Shown: piece by piece, positions 7,845 through 16,640 of the stretch
Numbering within the stretch: position 1 is the stretch's first letter
Layout: the number at the start of each line of letters is the position of its first letter
Origin: Thermoanaerobaculia bacterium
Lineage (GTDB): Bacteria; Acidobacteriota; Thermoanaerobaculia; Multivoradales; UBA5704
Reading direction: 5' to 3'
DNA length: 64,000 nucleotides
Assembly (NCBI GenBank): GCA_036264355.1
Contig: DATARD010000380.1
Span: 2,084 to 66,083 of the forward strand
Notes under the pieces: model-generated
What the model saw: the letters and a program-made list of their open reading frames with translations, nothing else
Told to the model about the DNA's origin: nothing
Database searches by the model: none
Program-made: the position numbers and the translations under genes

Positions 7845-10800
7845 TTATTTAGAAGGCGCCCCTTCGATCTGGAGCGGTGGGGTGTCGGGGAGAAGCTCGA
7901 TCTTGGCGTCGCGGACCTTGGCGCGGAAGGCGGCGACGTCTTCGGCGAAGAATTTGTTGAGGTCTGCCAGAGCGACGTTCAGGTCTTTCTCTTCCCGGTC
8001 GAGGTAGGCGAGTTGGGCCGGCGTCGGCGGGTCCCAGGAGGAGCCGATGCCGCGGGCGGTGCCGCCGATGCGGCTCTCGAAGTCGGTGTTGCGCAGCAGG
8101 TGCTTGGGGGCTTCCCCCTGCCAGAAGCGCCGTTCGAGCTTCTCGAGACCCTGGTTGAGACGGCGGGCGGCGGCGAGGAGGTCTTTGCGGACAGGATCTT
8201 CGGCGGCGGGGTTGGTCCGCTTGGCGTCTTCGTCCTGCTTGCGCAGCTTGGCGGCCACGGCGTTGACGTCGGTGCGCGTGCGGGTGATGCGGTCGACGGC
8301 GTCGACGACGGCGTTGGAGAGGGTGTTGGCGCGCTGGAGAGCTTTGAAGTTGGCCTCGCGGGCGCCGCTCGCGATCTGGTAACGCGGATCGCCGAGGAGG
8401 TTGACCTTGCCCTCCGCCTTCTGGGCGCCATAGCTCACCCGCACGGTGTAGGTGCCGGGCAGGGCGTCGGGACCACGGCCGCGGCGGAACTCGTTCTCCT
8501 CGCCGCCGGCGTCGTTGCGGCGCGGAATGCGCCGCGGCGCGTCGAAGCGCAGGTCCCAGGCGACGCGGTTGACGCCCAGCTTGGCCGGACCGTCGAAGGT
8601 GCGGATGACTTTGCCGGAGGCGTCCAGGATCTCGACCTTCGTCTTGGGGCCATTGGGGCCGCGGCCCCTTCCTCCCCGTCCCTCGTCGGCCTCGTCGTCT
8701 CGCTTGGGCTCGGCGGGAGCACCGGCCTGTGGCGCGGTGGGTGGGGTGTGCGGCGTTTCGGCGTGCTCGCCCTGCTTGCGCTCGCGCTCCTTGTCCGCAT
8801 CGGGGTGCGGCAGGCCGGGAGCGTTCAGGGAGTAGGTGATGAGGGCGCCGTACGGCCGCGGCCTGCCGCGGAAGTCGGCATCGCCCGGAACCCGCATGCC
8901 GGCGCCCTGGCCGATCCGGGCCTGCTGCGCGTCGGCGATGGGGAAGAGGTGGAGCGGCTGCTTCTGGGTCTCCTCGGTGAGCGTGCGCAGCGGCCGGATG
9001 TCGTCGATGATGTAGAGGCCGCGGCCGTGGGTGGCGATCACCAGGTCGTGCTCGCGCGGATGGATCGCCAGGTCCATGACCGAGACGGTGGGCACGCCGT
9101 GCGTCCACTTCATCCAGCTCTTGCCACCGTCCTGCGAGACCCAGAGGCCGAACTCGGTGCCCAGGAAGAGGAGGTCCTTGTCCACCGGGTCCTGCTCGAT
9201 CGCGAGGGCGTAGCCCCAGAGGTTCTTGGTGGCCAGGCTGGTCCAGGTCTTGCCGTAGTCGGTGGTCCTGTAGACGTAGGGCGTCCAGTCGGAGCGCCGG
9301 TGGTTGTCGAAGACGACGAAGGCGGTGCCGGCGTCGGAAGGCGACGGGCTGATGTGGGGGATCCAGGTGTTGGCCGGCACGCCGTGGACGTTCTTCTCCA
9401 GGCTGTCCCAGCTTTTGCCGCCGTCCCTGGTGACGTGGAGGCGGCCGTCGTCGGTGCCCACCCAGATCACGCCGCGCTGCACCGGGCTCGGCGCGATCGC
9501 GAGGATGGTGGTGAAGCTCTCGGCGCCGGTGGCGTCGATGGTGATGCCGCCGCTCTGGTCCAGCTTCTGCCACTCCGGATTGTTGGTCGTCAGGTCGGGA
9601 CTGATGATGGTCCAGGAGTCGCCGCGGTCGGTCGTCTTGTGCAGCCACTGGCTGCCGAAGTAGAGGGTGTTCGGATCGAACGGGTCGATGGCGATGCCGG
9701 CGTTCCAGTTGAAGCGCGGCTCCTCGCCGTTCGGACCGGCCGGGCGGATGTCCTTGCGCTCGCCGGTCCGCAGGTCCCAGCGCATCAGGTGCCCCTCCTG
9801 GCTCATCGAGTAGCCGCGCATCGTGTCGTTCGGGTCGGGCACGGTGTCGAAGCCGTCGCCGAAGCCGACCTCGGACCAGTGGTGGTTGCGGATGCCGCTC
9901 TGCTCCCAGACGTTGCTCGGACCCTTCCAGGAGCCGTTGTCCTGCAGGCCGCCGTAGACGTTGTAGGGCACGGCGTTGTCCAGCCGCACGTGGTAGAACT
10001 GCCCCACCGGCAGGTTTTGCATGAAGCGCCAGGTGGCGCCGCGGTCGTGGCTCTCGTAGGCGCCGCCGTCGTTGCCGTCCCAGATGTGCAGGGGGTCCCT
10101 GGGATCGATCCAGAAGGCGTGGTGGTCGGCATGCAGGGCGCGGGCGCCGATGAGGGTGAAGGTCTTGCCGCCGTCGTCCGAGACGCTGAGGTTGGTGAAC
10201 AGCCGGTAGAGGCGGCCGGGATCGGCGGAGTCGACGAAGATGTGGTCGAAGTAGAAGGGGCGGGGATTGACGTCGCTGTCGGTGTTGACCGCTTTCCAGG
10301 TCCGCCCGCCGTCGGTCGAGCGCAGGAGGGCGCTCTGCGCGGCTTCGACCAGCGCGTAGACGACGCTCGGCTCGGACGGCGCGATGGCGAGGCCGATCCT
10401 CCCGAGCTCGCCCTTGGGCAGGCCGTCGTCCTCGGTCTGCTTCTTCCAGGTGGCGCCCCCGTCATAGGTGACGTAGAGACCGGAGCCGGGGCCGCCGGAG
10501 CGGAAGGTCCAGGGCTGGCGCCGGAAGTCCCACAGCGCGGCAAAGAGCTTGCGCGGATTCGAGGGATCCATGACCAGGTCGGCGACGCCGGTGCGCTCGT
10601 CGACATAGAGGACGCGCTTCCAGGTCTTGCCGCCGTCCTCGGTCTTGTAGACGCCGCGCTCGGGGTTCTCGCCCCACACCTGGCCGAGGGCGCCGACGTA
10701 GGCGACCTGCGGATCGTCCGGGTCGACGAGGATGCGGTCGATGTGCTCGGTCTTGTCGAGCCCGAGGTGTTGCCAGGTGTGGCCGCCGTCGAGCGACTTG

Positions 10801-11204
10801 TAGACGCCGTTGCCGACCGAGACGCTGTTGCGCGGATTCCCCTCGCCGGTGCCGACCCAGACGACGTCCGGGTTGTGCGGATCGAGGGCGATGGCGCCGA
10901 TCGAGGCGACCGGCTGGTCGTCGAAGATCGGCTCCCAGTTGGTGCCGCCGTTGACGGATTTCCACAGGCCGCCGGTGGCCGCGCCGACATAGACGATCTC
11001 GGGATGGGCCGCCGACGATTCGATGGCGGCGATGCGGCCGCTCATGGCCGCGGGGCCGATGGAGCGCGCCTCCAGGCCGGCGAGCAGGGCGGGGGCGACG
11101 GCGGCGGCGAGCGGCGCGGGGTGGGCGACGAGGGAGATCAGGGAGACGAGGGCGAGCGCGAAACCGGGGGCCGCCGCGGAACAGAAACGGAGCGATCTCT
11201 TCAT
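7845..11204 (-). CDS. Sortilin/VPS10-like BNR (Asp-box) repeat protein, secreted
   Basis: Start is ATG 11204 behind GGAGG (MKRSLRFCSAAAPGFALALVSL signal). It has more than 10 Asp-box motifs (SVNGGTNWE, SLDGGHTWQ, TEDGGKTWK, STDGGRTWK, and others). The listed 1562-aa ORF is an upstream read-through. Confidence 0.85.
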   Translation of the reverse strand: MKRSLRFCSAAAPGFALALVSLISLVAHPAPLAAAVAPALLAGLEARSIGPAAMSGRIAAIESSAAHPEIVYVGAATGGLWKSVNGGTNWEPIFDDQPVASIGAIALDPHNPDVVWVGTGEGNPRNSVSVGNGVYKSLDGGHTWQHLGLDKTEHIDRILVDPDDPQVAYVGALGQVWGENPERGVYKTEDGGKTWKRVLYVDERTGVADLVMDPSNPRKLFAALWDFRRQPWTFRSGGPGSGLYVTYDGGATWKKQTEDDGLPKGELGRIGLAIAPSEPSVVYALVEAAQSALLRSTDGGRTWKAVNTDSDVNPRPFYFDHIFVDSADPGRLYRLFTNLSVSDDGGKTFTLIGARALHADHHAFWIDPRDPLHIWDGNDGGAYESHDRGATWRFMQNLPVGQFYHVRLDNAVPYNVYGGLQDNGSWKGPSNVWEQSGIRNHHWSEVGFGDGFDTVPDPNDTMRGYSMSQEGHLMRWDLRTGERKDIRPAGPNGEEPRFNWNAGIAIDPFDPNTLYFGSQWLHKTTDRGDSWTIISPDLTTNNPEWQKLDQSGGITIDATGAESFTTILAIAPSPVQRGVIWVGTDDGRLHVTRDGGKSWDSLEKNVHGVPANTWIPHISPSPSDAGTAFVVFDNHRRSDWTPYVYRTTDYGKTWTSLATKNLWGYALAIEQDPVDKDLLFLGTEFGLWVSQDGGKSWMKWTHGVPTVSVMDLAIHPREHDLVIATHGRGLYIIDDIRPLRTLTEETQKQPLHLFPIADAQQARIGQGAGMRVPGDADFRGRPRPYGALITYSLNAPGLPHPDADKERERKQGEHAETPHTPPTAPQAGAPAEPKRDDEADEGRGGRGRGPNGPKTKVEILDASGKVIRTFDGPAKLGVNRVAWDLRFDAPRRIPRRNDAGGEENEFRRGRGPDALPGTYTVRVSYGAQKAEGKVNLLGDPRYQIASGAREANFKALQRANTLSNAVVDAVDRITRTRTDVNAVAAKLRKQDEDAKRTNPAAEDPVRKDLLAAARRLNQGLEKLERRFWQGEAPKHLLRNTDFESRIGGTARGIGSSWDPPTPAQLAYLDREEKDLNVALADLNKFFAEDVAAFRAKVRDAKIELLPDTPPLQIEGAPSK

Positions 11205-11378
11205 TGATACCTCCGGGAAGGGAAACGGCTGCTGAGCCACGCAGAAGACTAGTCTCTGCGCGCCAGGCGGGCAACATTTTGTTGCGCGGTGCGTTTCTCT
11301 GGGAAGGGCTGCTTCGGCTATTCTGGCGGCTCGATCCGGCGTGCAGCCCGTTATCGCAACCTCGACGAGGAGATCAAG

Positions 11379-12143
11379 ATGATACGTAAGACCTTTGTCT
11401 ATGCTCTGTTGGCCGGCCTGGTGGCGACCGCGGCCGGCGCGCAGACGGTGGACGAGATCATTGCCAAGAACCTGGAAGCGCGGGGCGGGAAGGACAAGAT
11501 CAAGGCGGTCAAGACGATCCGGATGACCGGCAAGCTCGCCCTGCCGCAGGGCATGGAGGCGCCGTTCGTCCTCGAGCTGGCGCGCCCGAACAAGATGCGC
11601 AACGAGTTCACCGTCCAGGGGATGACCGGCATCCAGGCGTTCGACGGCAAGACCGGCTGGACGGTGATGCCGTTCATGGGCAAGACGGAGCCCGAGGCCG
11701 TCTCGGGCGACGACGTGAAGAACCTGGAGGACCAGGCCGACTTCGACGGACCGCTGGTGGATTACAAGGAGAAGGGCCACCAGGTGGAGCTCGTCGGCAA
11801 GGAGACCCTCGAGGGGACGCCGGTCTACAAGCTCAAGGTGACGAAGAAGAACGGCGACGTCGAGAGCCACTACCTGGACGCCGAGCAGTACCTGGAGATC
11901 CGGGTCGAAGGCAAGAGCAAGGTGCGTGGACAGGAGGTGGAGGGCGAGACGACGCTGGGCGACTATAAAGAGGTCGGCGGCCTGATCTTCCCCTTCTCGA
12001 TCCAGACCAAGCAGAAGGGCGGCCCGGGAGGCGTGACGCTCACCTTCGACAAGATCGAGGTCAATCCGGACGTGCCGGCGAGCCGCTTCGAGATGCCGAA
12101 GCCCGACAAGCCGGCCGCCCCGCAGGCGCCGCCGCAGCCGTAG
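11379..12143 (+). CDS. LolA-like outer-membrane lipoprotein-sorting family protein (periplasmic)
   Basis: Start is ATG 11379 (MIRKTFVYALLAGLVATAAGAQ signal). The TVDEIIAKNLEARGG and KTIRMTGK blocks are typical of this family as I remember it. Confidence 0.6.
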   Translation: MIRKTFVYALLAGLVATAAGAQTVDEIIAKNLEARGGKDKIKAVKTIRMTGKLALPQGMEAPFVLELARPNKMRNEFTVQGMTGIQAFDGKTGWTVMPFMGKTEPEAVSGDDVKNLEDQADFDGPLVDYKEKGHQVELVGKETLEGTPVYKLKVTKKNGDVESHYLDAEQYLEIRVEGKSKVRGQEVEGETTLGDYKEVGGLIFPFSIQTKQKGGPGGVTLTFDKIEVNPDVPASRFEMPKPDKPAAPQAPPQP

Positions 12144-12156
12144 GGACGAGGAGCGC

Positions 12157-15100
12157 ATGCGAGCCATGGCTTCGACGCTTCGCAGATCCCTCGGTCTGCC
12201 GCTCGGTCTCTGTCTCCTGATCGCCGCTCCCGCCGCGAGCCAGGAGATCGATTCGAATACCTTCGGCGGCATCACGGCGCGGCCGATCGGCCCCGCCATC
12301 ACCAGCGGCCGCATCGCCGCGATCGACGGTGCCGCGGGCGCCTCCGGCGGCACCGGCGAGCCGGCCGTCCTGTTCATCGGCGCGGCCGGCGGCGGCCTCT
12401 GGCGCTCGAAGGACGGCGGCACCACCTTCCAGCCGGTCTTCGACGAGCACGCGCAGTCGATCGGCGCGGTCCGCATCGATCCCCGCGATCCCAAAACCGT
12501 CTGGGTGGGCACCGGCGAGCCCTGGGTGCGCAACAGCGTCTCGGTGGGCGACGGCGTCTACAAGAGCACGGACGGCGGCGACACCTGGACCAACATGGGC
12601 CTCGCCCAGAGCGAGCACATCGCCCGCATCCGGGTCAGCCCCGCCGACTCGAACACCGCCTGGGTGTGCGCCACCGGCCATCTGTGGAACGCCAACGAGG
12701 AGCGCGGCGTGTTCAAGACGGTGGACGGCGGCAAGACGTGGAAGAAGGTCCTCTACGTCAACGCCGACACCGGCTGCTCCGACCTCGACGTCGATCCGCA
12801 GGACGGGCAGATCCTCTATGCCGGCCTGTGGCAGTTCCGCCGTGCTGCCTCGTCCTTCAGCTCCGGCGGTCCCGGCAGCGGTCTCTACAAGAGCACCGAC
12901 GGCGGCGACAGTTGGCGCAAGGTGGAGAGCGGTCTGCCGGCCGGGACCAAGGGGCGGATCGCGGTGGCGGTGGCGCCGTCGCGGCCGAGCGTGGTCTATG
13001 CGCTCGTCGAGTCGCGGGACACCGCCCTCTACCGCTCGGACAACACCGGCGAGACCTGGCAGCGGGTGAACTCGTCGTTCAACATCCAGGTGCGGCCGTT
13101 CTACTTCGCCTACCTGGTGGTCGACCCGGCGGACTTCAACACGGTGTTCAAACCCGGCCTCACCCTGACCGTCAGCAGCGACGGCGGCCATACGTTCAAC
13201 GCCTCCATGGGGCTCGGCGGCAGCTATCACAGCGACCTGCATGCCCTGTGGATCAATCCCCGGGACCACCAGCAGCTCTTTCTCGGCACCGACGGCGGCA
13301 CCTACGCCTCGACCGACCACGGCACGCACTGGCGGCATCTCCAGTCGCTGCCGGTGGCGCAGCTCTACCACGTGAGCTACGACATGGAGGTGCCGTACAA
13401 CGTCTACGGCGGCCTGCAGGACAACGGCTCGTGGTCCGGCCCGTCGCGGGCGACCAGCGGCATCATGAACAAGGACTGGCGCAACATCGGCTTCGGGGAC
13501 GGCTTCTACGCGTTCCGCGATCCGCAGGCCCCCGACTTCGTCTACTCGGAGTCGCAGGGCGGGAAGATCTCGCGCCTCCAGCTTTCGACCGGCGAGGACC
13601 GCGAGATCCAGCCGCAGGCGGCCGCGGGAGAGCCCAAGCTGCGCTACAACTGGAACACGCCGATCTATCTCAGCCCGAACGAGCCGGGGACGGTCTACGT
13701 CGGCGCGCAGTACCTCTTCCGCTCGAAGGACCACGGGGAGTCGTGGGAGAAGATCTCGCCCGACCTCACCACCAACGACCCGAAGCTCCAGGAGCAGCTC
13801 AAGTCGGGCGGCCTAACGATCGACAACTCGGCGGCCGAGAACCACACCACCATCTATACCGTCAGCGAGTCGCCGAAGAACCGGCAGGTGATCTGGGTGG
13901 GGACCGACGACGGCAACCTGCAGGTCACCCGCGACGGCGGCGCCAGTTGGACGAACGTGGCGAAGAACCTCCCCGGCGTGCCGGCGCACACCTGGGTGTC
14001 CGGCGTCGAGGCCGGGCACTTCGACGACGCGACCGCCTACGCCACGCTGGACGGCCACACGACCGGCGACATGAAGACCTACGTCTTCAAGACCACCGAT
14101 TCCGGCAAGACCTGGACGCCGCTCATGACCCCGGCGCTCGCCGGCTACGCGCACGTCATCCGCGAGGACCTGGTGAATCCGGACCTGCTCTTCCTGGGCA
14201 CCGAGTCGGGGCTGTTCCTCTCGATCGACGGCGGCGCCGGCTGGGCTCGCTTCACCGGCGGCTTCCCCCCGGTGGCGGTGCGCGACCTCACCATCCACCC
14301 GCGGGACTCCGACCTGCTCATCGCGACGCATGGGCGCGGCGTCTACATCCTCGACGACCTCACGCCGTTCCGCAAGCTCCGCGCGGTGATGGACCAGGAG
14401 GTGGCGTTCCTCCCCTCGCGGCCGTCCGCGCTGGTGATCCCCTCGTCGGTGCAGAATTTCGCCGGCGACGACGAGTACGTCGGCGAGAACCCGCCGGAAG
14501 CGGCGGCGGTCACCTACTATCTGAAGAAGCGCCATCTGATCGGCGACCTCAAGCTGGAGGTCTACGACGCCCAGGGAGCGCTGGTCACCACCCTCCCCGG
14601 CGGCAAGCGCAAGGGCATCAACCGGGTGCTCTGGCCGATGCGCCTGCCGCCTCCCAAGCTGCCGGGTGGCAACTCGTTCATCGAAGAGCCGTTCTCGTTC
14701 CTCGGCCCGCGCGCGGCGCCCGGCACCTACACGGTCAAGCTGATCAAGGGGGGCCAGACGCTGACCAGCGAAGTGGTGCTGGTGCCCGACCCGCGCTCAC
14801 GGCACAGCGCCGAAGACCGCGCCCTCCAGAGGCGGTCGGTGCTCACCGCCTACAAGCTGCTCGAGACCCTGACCTGGATCGACACCGCGACGACCGGTCT
14901 GCGCGACGCGCTGCGCGACCGGGTGGCCAAGCTGCCCGCCGGCGACGCGCTGCGCCGGCAGGCGGAGAAGCTGGCCGGTGACCTCGACACCTTCCACTCG
15001 TCGCTCGTCGCCACCAGCGAGGGAGGCTGGATGTCGGGAGACGAGGAGTTGCGCGAAAACCTGGCGATCCTCTATGGCGGAATGAACGGCTATGAGGGGA

Positions 15101-15285
15101 GACCGACCCAGGCGCAGCTCGATCAGCTCCGCATCCTCGGCGGCCGTCTCGACAAGGCAGCCGCTCACCTGGAGAGCCTGACCAGGACCGAGCTGCCGGC
15201 GATCAACAAGGGCCTGGCCGGGCGCAAGCTCACCGCGGTGACCTTGCTGACGCGCGAGGAGTGGCAAAAAAAGCAGGGAGGATAG
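12157..15285 (+). CDS. Sortilin/VPS10-like BNR (Asp-box) repeat protein, paralogue of 7845..11204
   Basis: Signal peptide, then repeated Asp-boxes (SKDGGTTFQ, STDGGDTWT, TVDGGKTWK, STDGGDSWR, and others). It is colinear with the other copy. Confidence 0.85.
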   Translation: MRAMASTLRRSLGLPLGLCLLIAAPAASQEIDSNTFGGITARPIGPAITSGRIAAIDGAAGASGGTGEPAVLFIGAAGGGLWRSKDGGTTFQPVFDEHAQSIGAVRIDPRDPKTVWVGTGEPWVRNSVSVGDGVYKSTDGGDTWTNMGLAQSEHIARIRVSPADSNTAWVCATGHLWNANEERGVFKTVDGGKTWKKVLYVNADTGCSDLDVDPQDGQILYAGLWQFRRAASSFSSGGPGSGLYKSTDGGDSWRKVESGLPAGTKGRIAVAVAPSRPSVVYALVESRDTALYRSDNTGETWQRVNSSFNIQVRPFYFAYLVVDPADFNTVFKPGLTLTVSSDGGHTFNASMGLGGSYHSDLHALWINPRDHQQLFLGTDGGTYASTDHGTHWRHLQSLPVAQLYHVSYDMEVPYNVYGGLQDNGSWSGPSRATSGIMNKDWRNIGFGDGFYAFRDPQAPDFVYSESQGGKISRLQLSTGEDREIQPQAAAGEPKLRYNWNTPIYLSPNEPGTVYVGAQYLFRSKDHGESWEKISPDLTTNDPKLQEQLKSGGLTIDNSAAENHTTIYTVSESPKNRQVIWVGTDDGNLQVTRDGGASWTNVAKNLPGVPAHTWVSGVEAGHFDDATAYATLDGHTTGDMKTYVFKTTDSGKTWTPLMTPALAGYAHVIREDLVNPDLLFLGTESGLFLSIDGGAGWARFTGGFPPVAVRDLTIHPRDSDLLIATHGRGVYILDDLTPFRKLRAVMDQEVAFLPSRPSALVIPSSVQNFAGDDEYVGENPPEAAAVTYYLKKRHLIGDLKLEVYDAQGALVTTLPGGKRKGINRVLWPMRLPPPKLPGGNSFIEEPFSFLGPRAAPGTYTVKLIKGGQTLTSEVVLVPDPRSRHSAEDRALQRRSVLTAYKLLETLTWIDTATTGLRDALRDRVAKLPAGDALRRQAEKLAGDLDTFHSSLVATSEGGWMSGDEELRENLAILYGGMNGYEGRPTQAQLDQLRILGGRLDKAAAHLESLTRTELPAINKGLAGRKLTAVTLLTREEWQKKQGG

Positions 15286-15294
15286 AAAACAAAA

Positions 15295-15318
15295 GGGAGG
15301 GGCCGTCCGGCCCCTCCC
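15295..15318 (-). terminator. Intrinsic terminator of rpsU
   Basis: Perfect 10-bp stem GGGAGGGGCC / GGCCCCTCCC with a 4-nt loop. On the minus strand it is followed by TTTTGTTTT. Confidence 0.65.
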
Positions 15319-15361
15319 GCTGATCCTTCCACGCTCGCCGCGGCGAGTGGTCGTCCAGAGC

Positions 15362-15571
15362 CTAGGCCAGACCCTGGCGCCTCTCCTCCGACAGTTTGCG
15401 CATCATCTTCTTGCGCGCTTGAACAGCCTTCCGCTTGCGCTTGACCGAGGGCTTCTCATAGTGCTGCCGCTTCCGCAGCTCGGTAAGAATTCCCGACTTC
15501 TCCACCTTGCGCTTGAAACGGCGCAGGGCGTTTTCGAAGCTCTCTTCCTCGCGCACGTGCACGACTGGCAT
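15362..15571 (-). CDS. rpsU: 30S ribosomal protein S21
   Basis: [42 protein letters not shown]. Start is ATG 15571 inside ORF 15362..15658. Confidence 0.95.
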   Translation of the reverse strand: MPVVHVREEESFENALRRFKRKVEKSGILTELRKRQHYEKPSVKRKRKAVQARKKMMRKLSEERRQGLA

Positions 15572-15654
15572 TCCGGAATCACCTCGCTTCCACGACAGAG
15601 ATCGACGCGCCAGAGACGCGTACTCTCTAGGATCTCGCGAAAACGGGGCGCGCG

Positions 15655-16434
15655 TCAAGAGCCGAGGGCCTTGAAGTCGGCCTGGTAGACCGTGTAGACG
15701 CCTTTGTCCTTGGAAAAACCCTTGGAAAACCAGACCGCCGCGGCCCGTCCCTCGCCGTCCTTGGCGTAGAACCAGGCGGCGATCCCCCGCTCCGGAAAGT
15801 CACGGACGTCGCGCAGGTTGGGCGCGCCGAGCAGGTCGCGCACCTCGTCCTGGGTCATCCCCTTCTTCACCGCGGCGAAGCGCGCGGCGGTCATGTAGCG
15901 GTGGGCGTCGGCGTTGTCGAGCTCCTGCCGCAGGCGCGGATTGTCGGGATCGACGGCCAGGGCCGCCTCGTAGATCTCGATGGCGCGGCGGTAGTCGCCG
16001 CCCCGCTCGATGAATTGGTGACCGAGGAGGATGTCTTCTTCGCTCTTCAACCGGATGGCGTCGAGCAGGCGGCCGGTGGGTTTCTCGCCTTCGAGGGGTG
16101 GATTGGCGTTGATGAAGTCGACCAGGCGGCGGTTGAGCTCCTCGCTCCGCGCCGTGATCTCCTTGTCGGCCTTCTCCCGCCCTGCCGTGTCGGCCGCCGG
16201 CAGGGCGGCGCGTTGGCCGCGGCTGGCGTCGAGGGTCTTCTTGGCCGCCTGCAGCCAGGCCCATTCGGCGTTCTCGGCAGTCTGCCGGGCGGTCGCCCGC
16301 TCCGAGGAACCGGGCGCGGCACCGCGTTTGCCGGTGCAGCCGGCGCCTGCCAGGACGGCGAGCAGGAGACCTGCGAGAGCCGCCGAAGTGAGCCGCCGGT
16401 AGGCGCTTCGTCCGGGCCTGAGTGTATGCTGCAT
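15655..16434 (-). CDS. Lipoprotein with TPR-like region and C-terminal BamE/SmpA_OmlA-like domain
   Basis: Start is ATG 16434. Lipobox LAGAGC. C-terminal [15 protein letters not shown] ... WFY resembles BamE. Confidence 0.6.
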   Translation of the reverse strand: MQHTLRPGRSAYRRLTSAALAGLLLAVLAGAGCTGKRGAAPGSSERATARQTAENAEWAWLQAAKKTLDASRGQRAALPAADTAGREKADKEITARSEELNRRLVDFINANPPLEGEKPTGRLLDAIRLKSEEDILLGHQFIERGGDYRRAIEIYEAALAVDPDNPRLRQELDNADAHRYMTAARFAAVKKGMTQDEVRDLLGAPNLRDVRDFPERGIAAWFYAKDGEGRAAAVWFSKGFSKDKGVYTVYQADFKALGS

Positions 16435-16558
16435 GGGTGTCTGCGCCTCCTTCCAGCGAGGCGCGACGCTACCACAGCGGCCCGGCCGCGGACCATGGCC
16501 CCGCCGGGAGAGACGAACTAAGCCTCTTGTCTGCAAGGGGTTTCGCCTGCGACAATCC

Positions 16559-16587
16559 TTGACATGATAGGGTGGCTAAAGAATAAT
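16559..16587 (+). promoter_or_regulatory. Near-consensus sigma-70 promoter
   Basis: TTGACA (16559-16564), exactly 17-nt spacer, AATAAT (16582-16587), about 55 nt upstream of ATG 16641. Confidence 0.5.
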
Positions 16588-16640
16588 GGACTGCCTTCAG
16601 AGATGAGCCGGTCGGCACGCAAGGCTGCGGAGAGCTGAGG

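Noticed and set aside
7785-11207. Very long antisense or alternative-frame ORFs, for example 7785..11207 (+), 12061..13734 (-), 18340..20733 (-), 53266..55287 (-), 60996..63887 (-), 39276..41570 (-).
   Set aside because: They mirror well-supported genes on the opposite strand. They translate to low-complexity Arg/Gly/Ala/Pro-rich sequence with no motifs. They are the expected stop-codon-poor shadows in a GC3-rich genome.
7845-12533. The 1562-aa minus-strand ORF listed as one reading frame.
   Set aside because: Only the part downstream of ATG 11204 is protein-like (good GGAGG RBS, signal peptide, Asp-box repeats). The upstream 440 codons are Arg/Leu-rich antisense read-through across the LolA-like gene and the start of the second BNR gene, which are real plus-strand genes.
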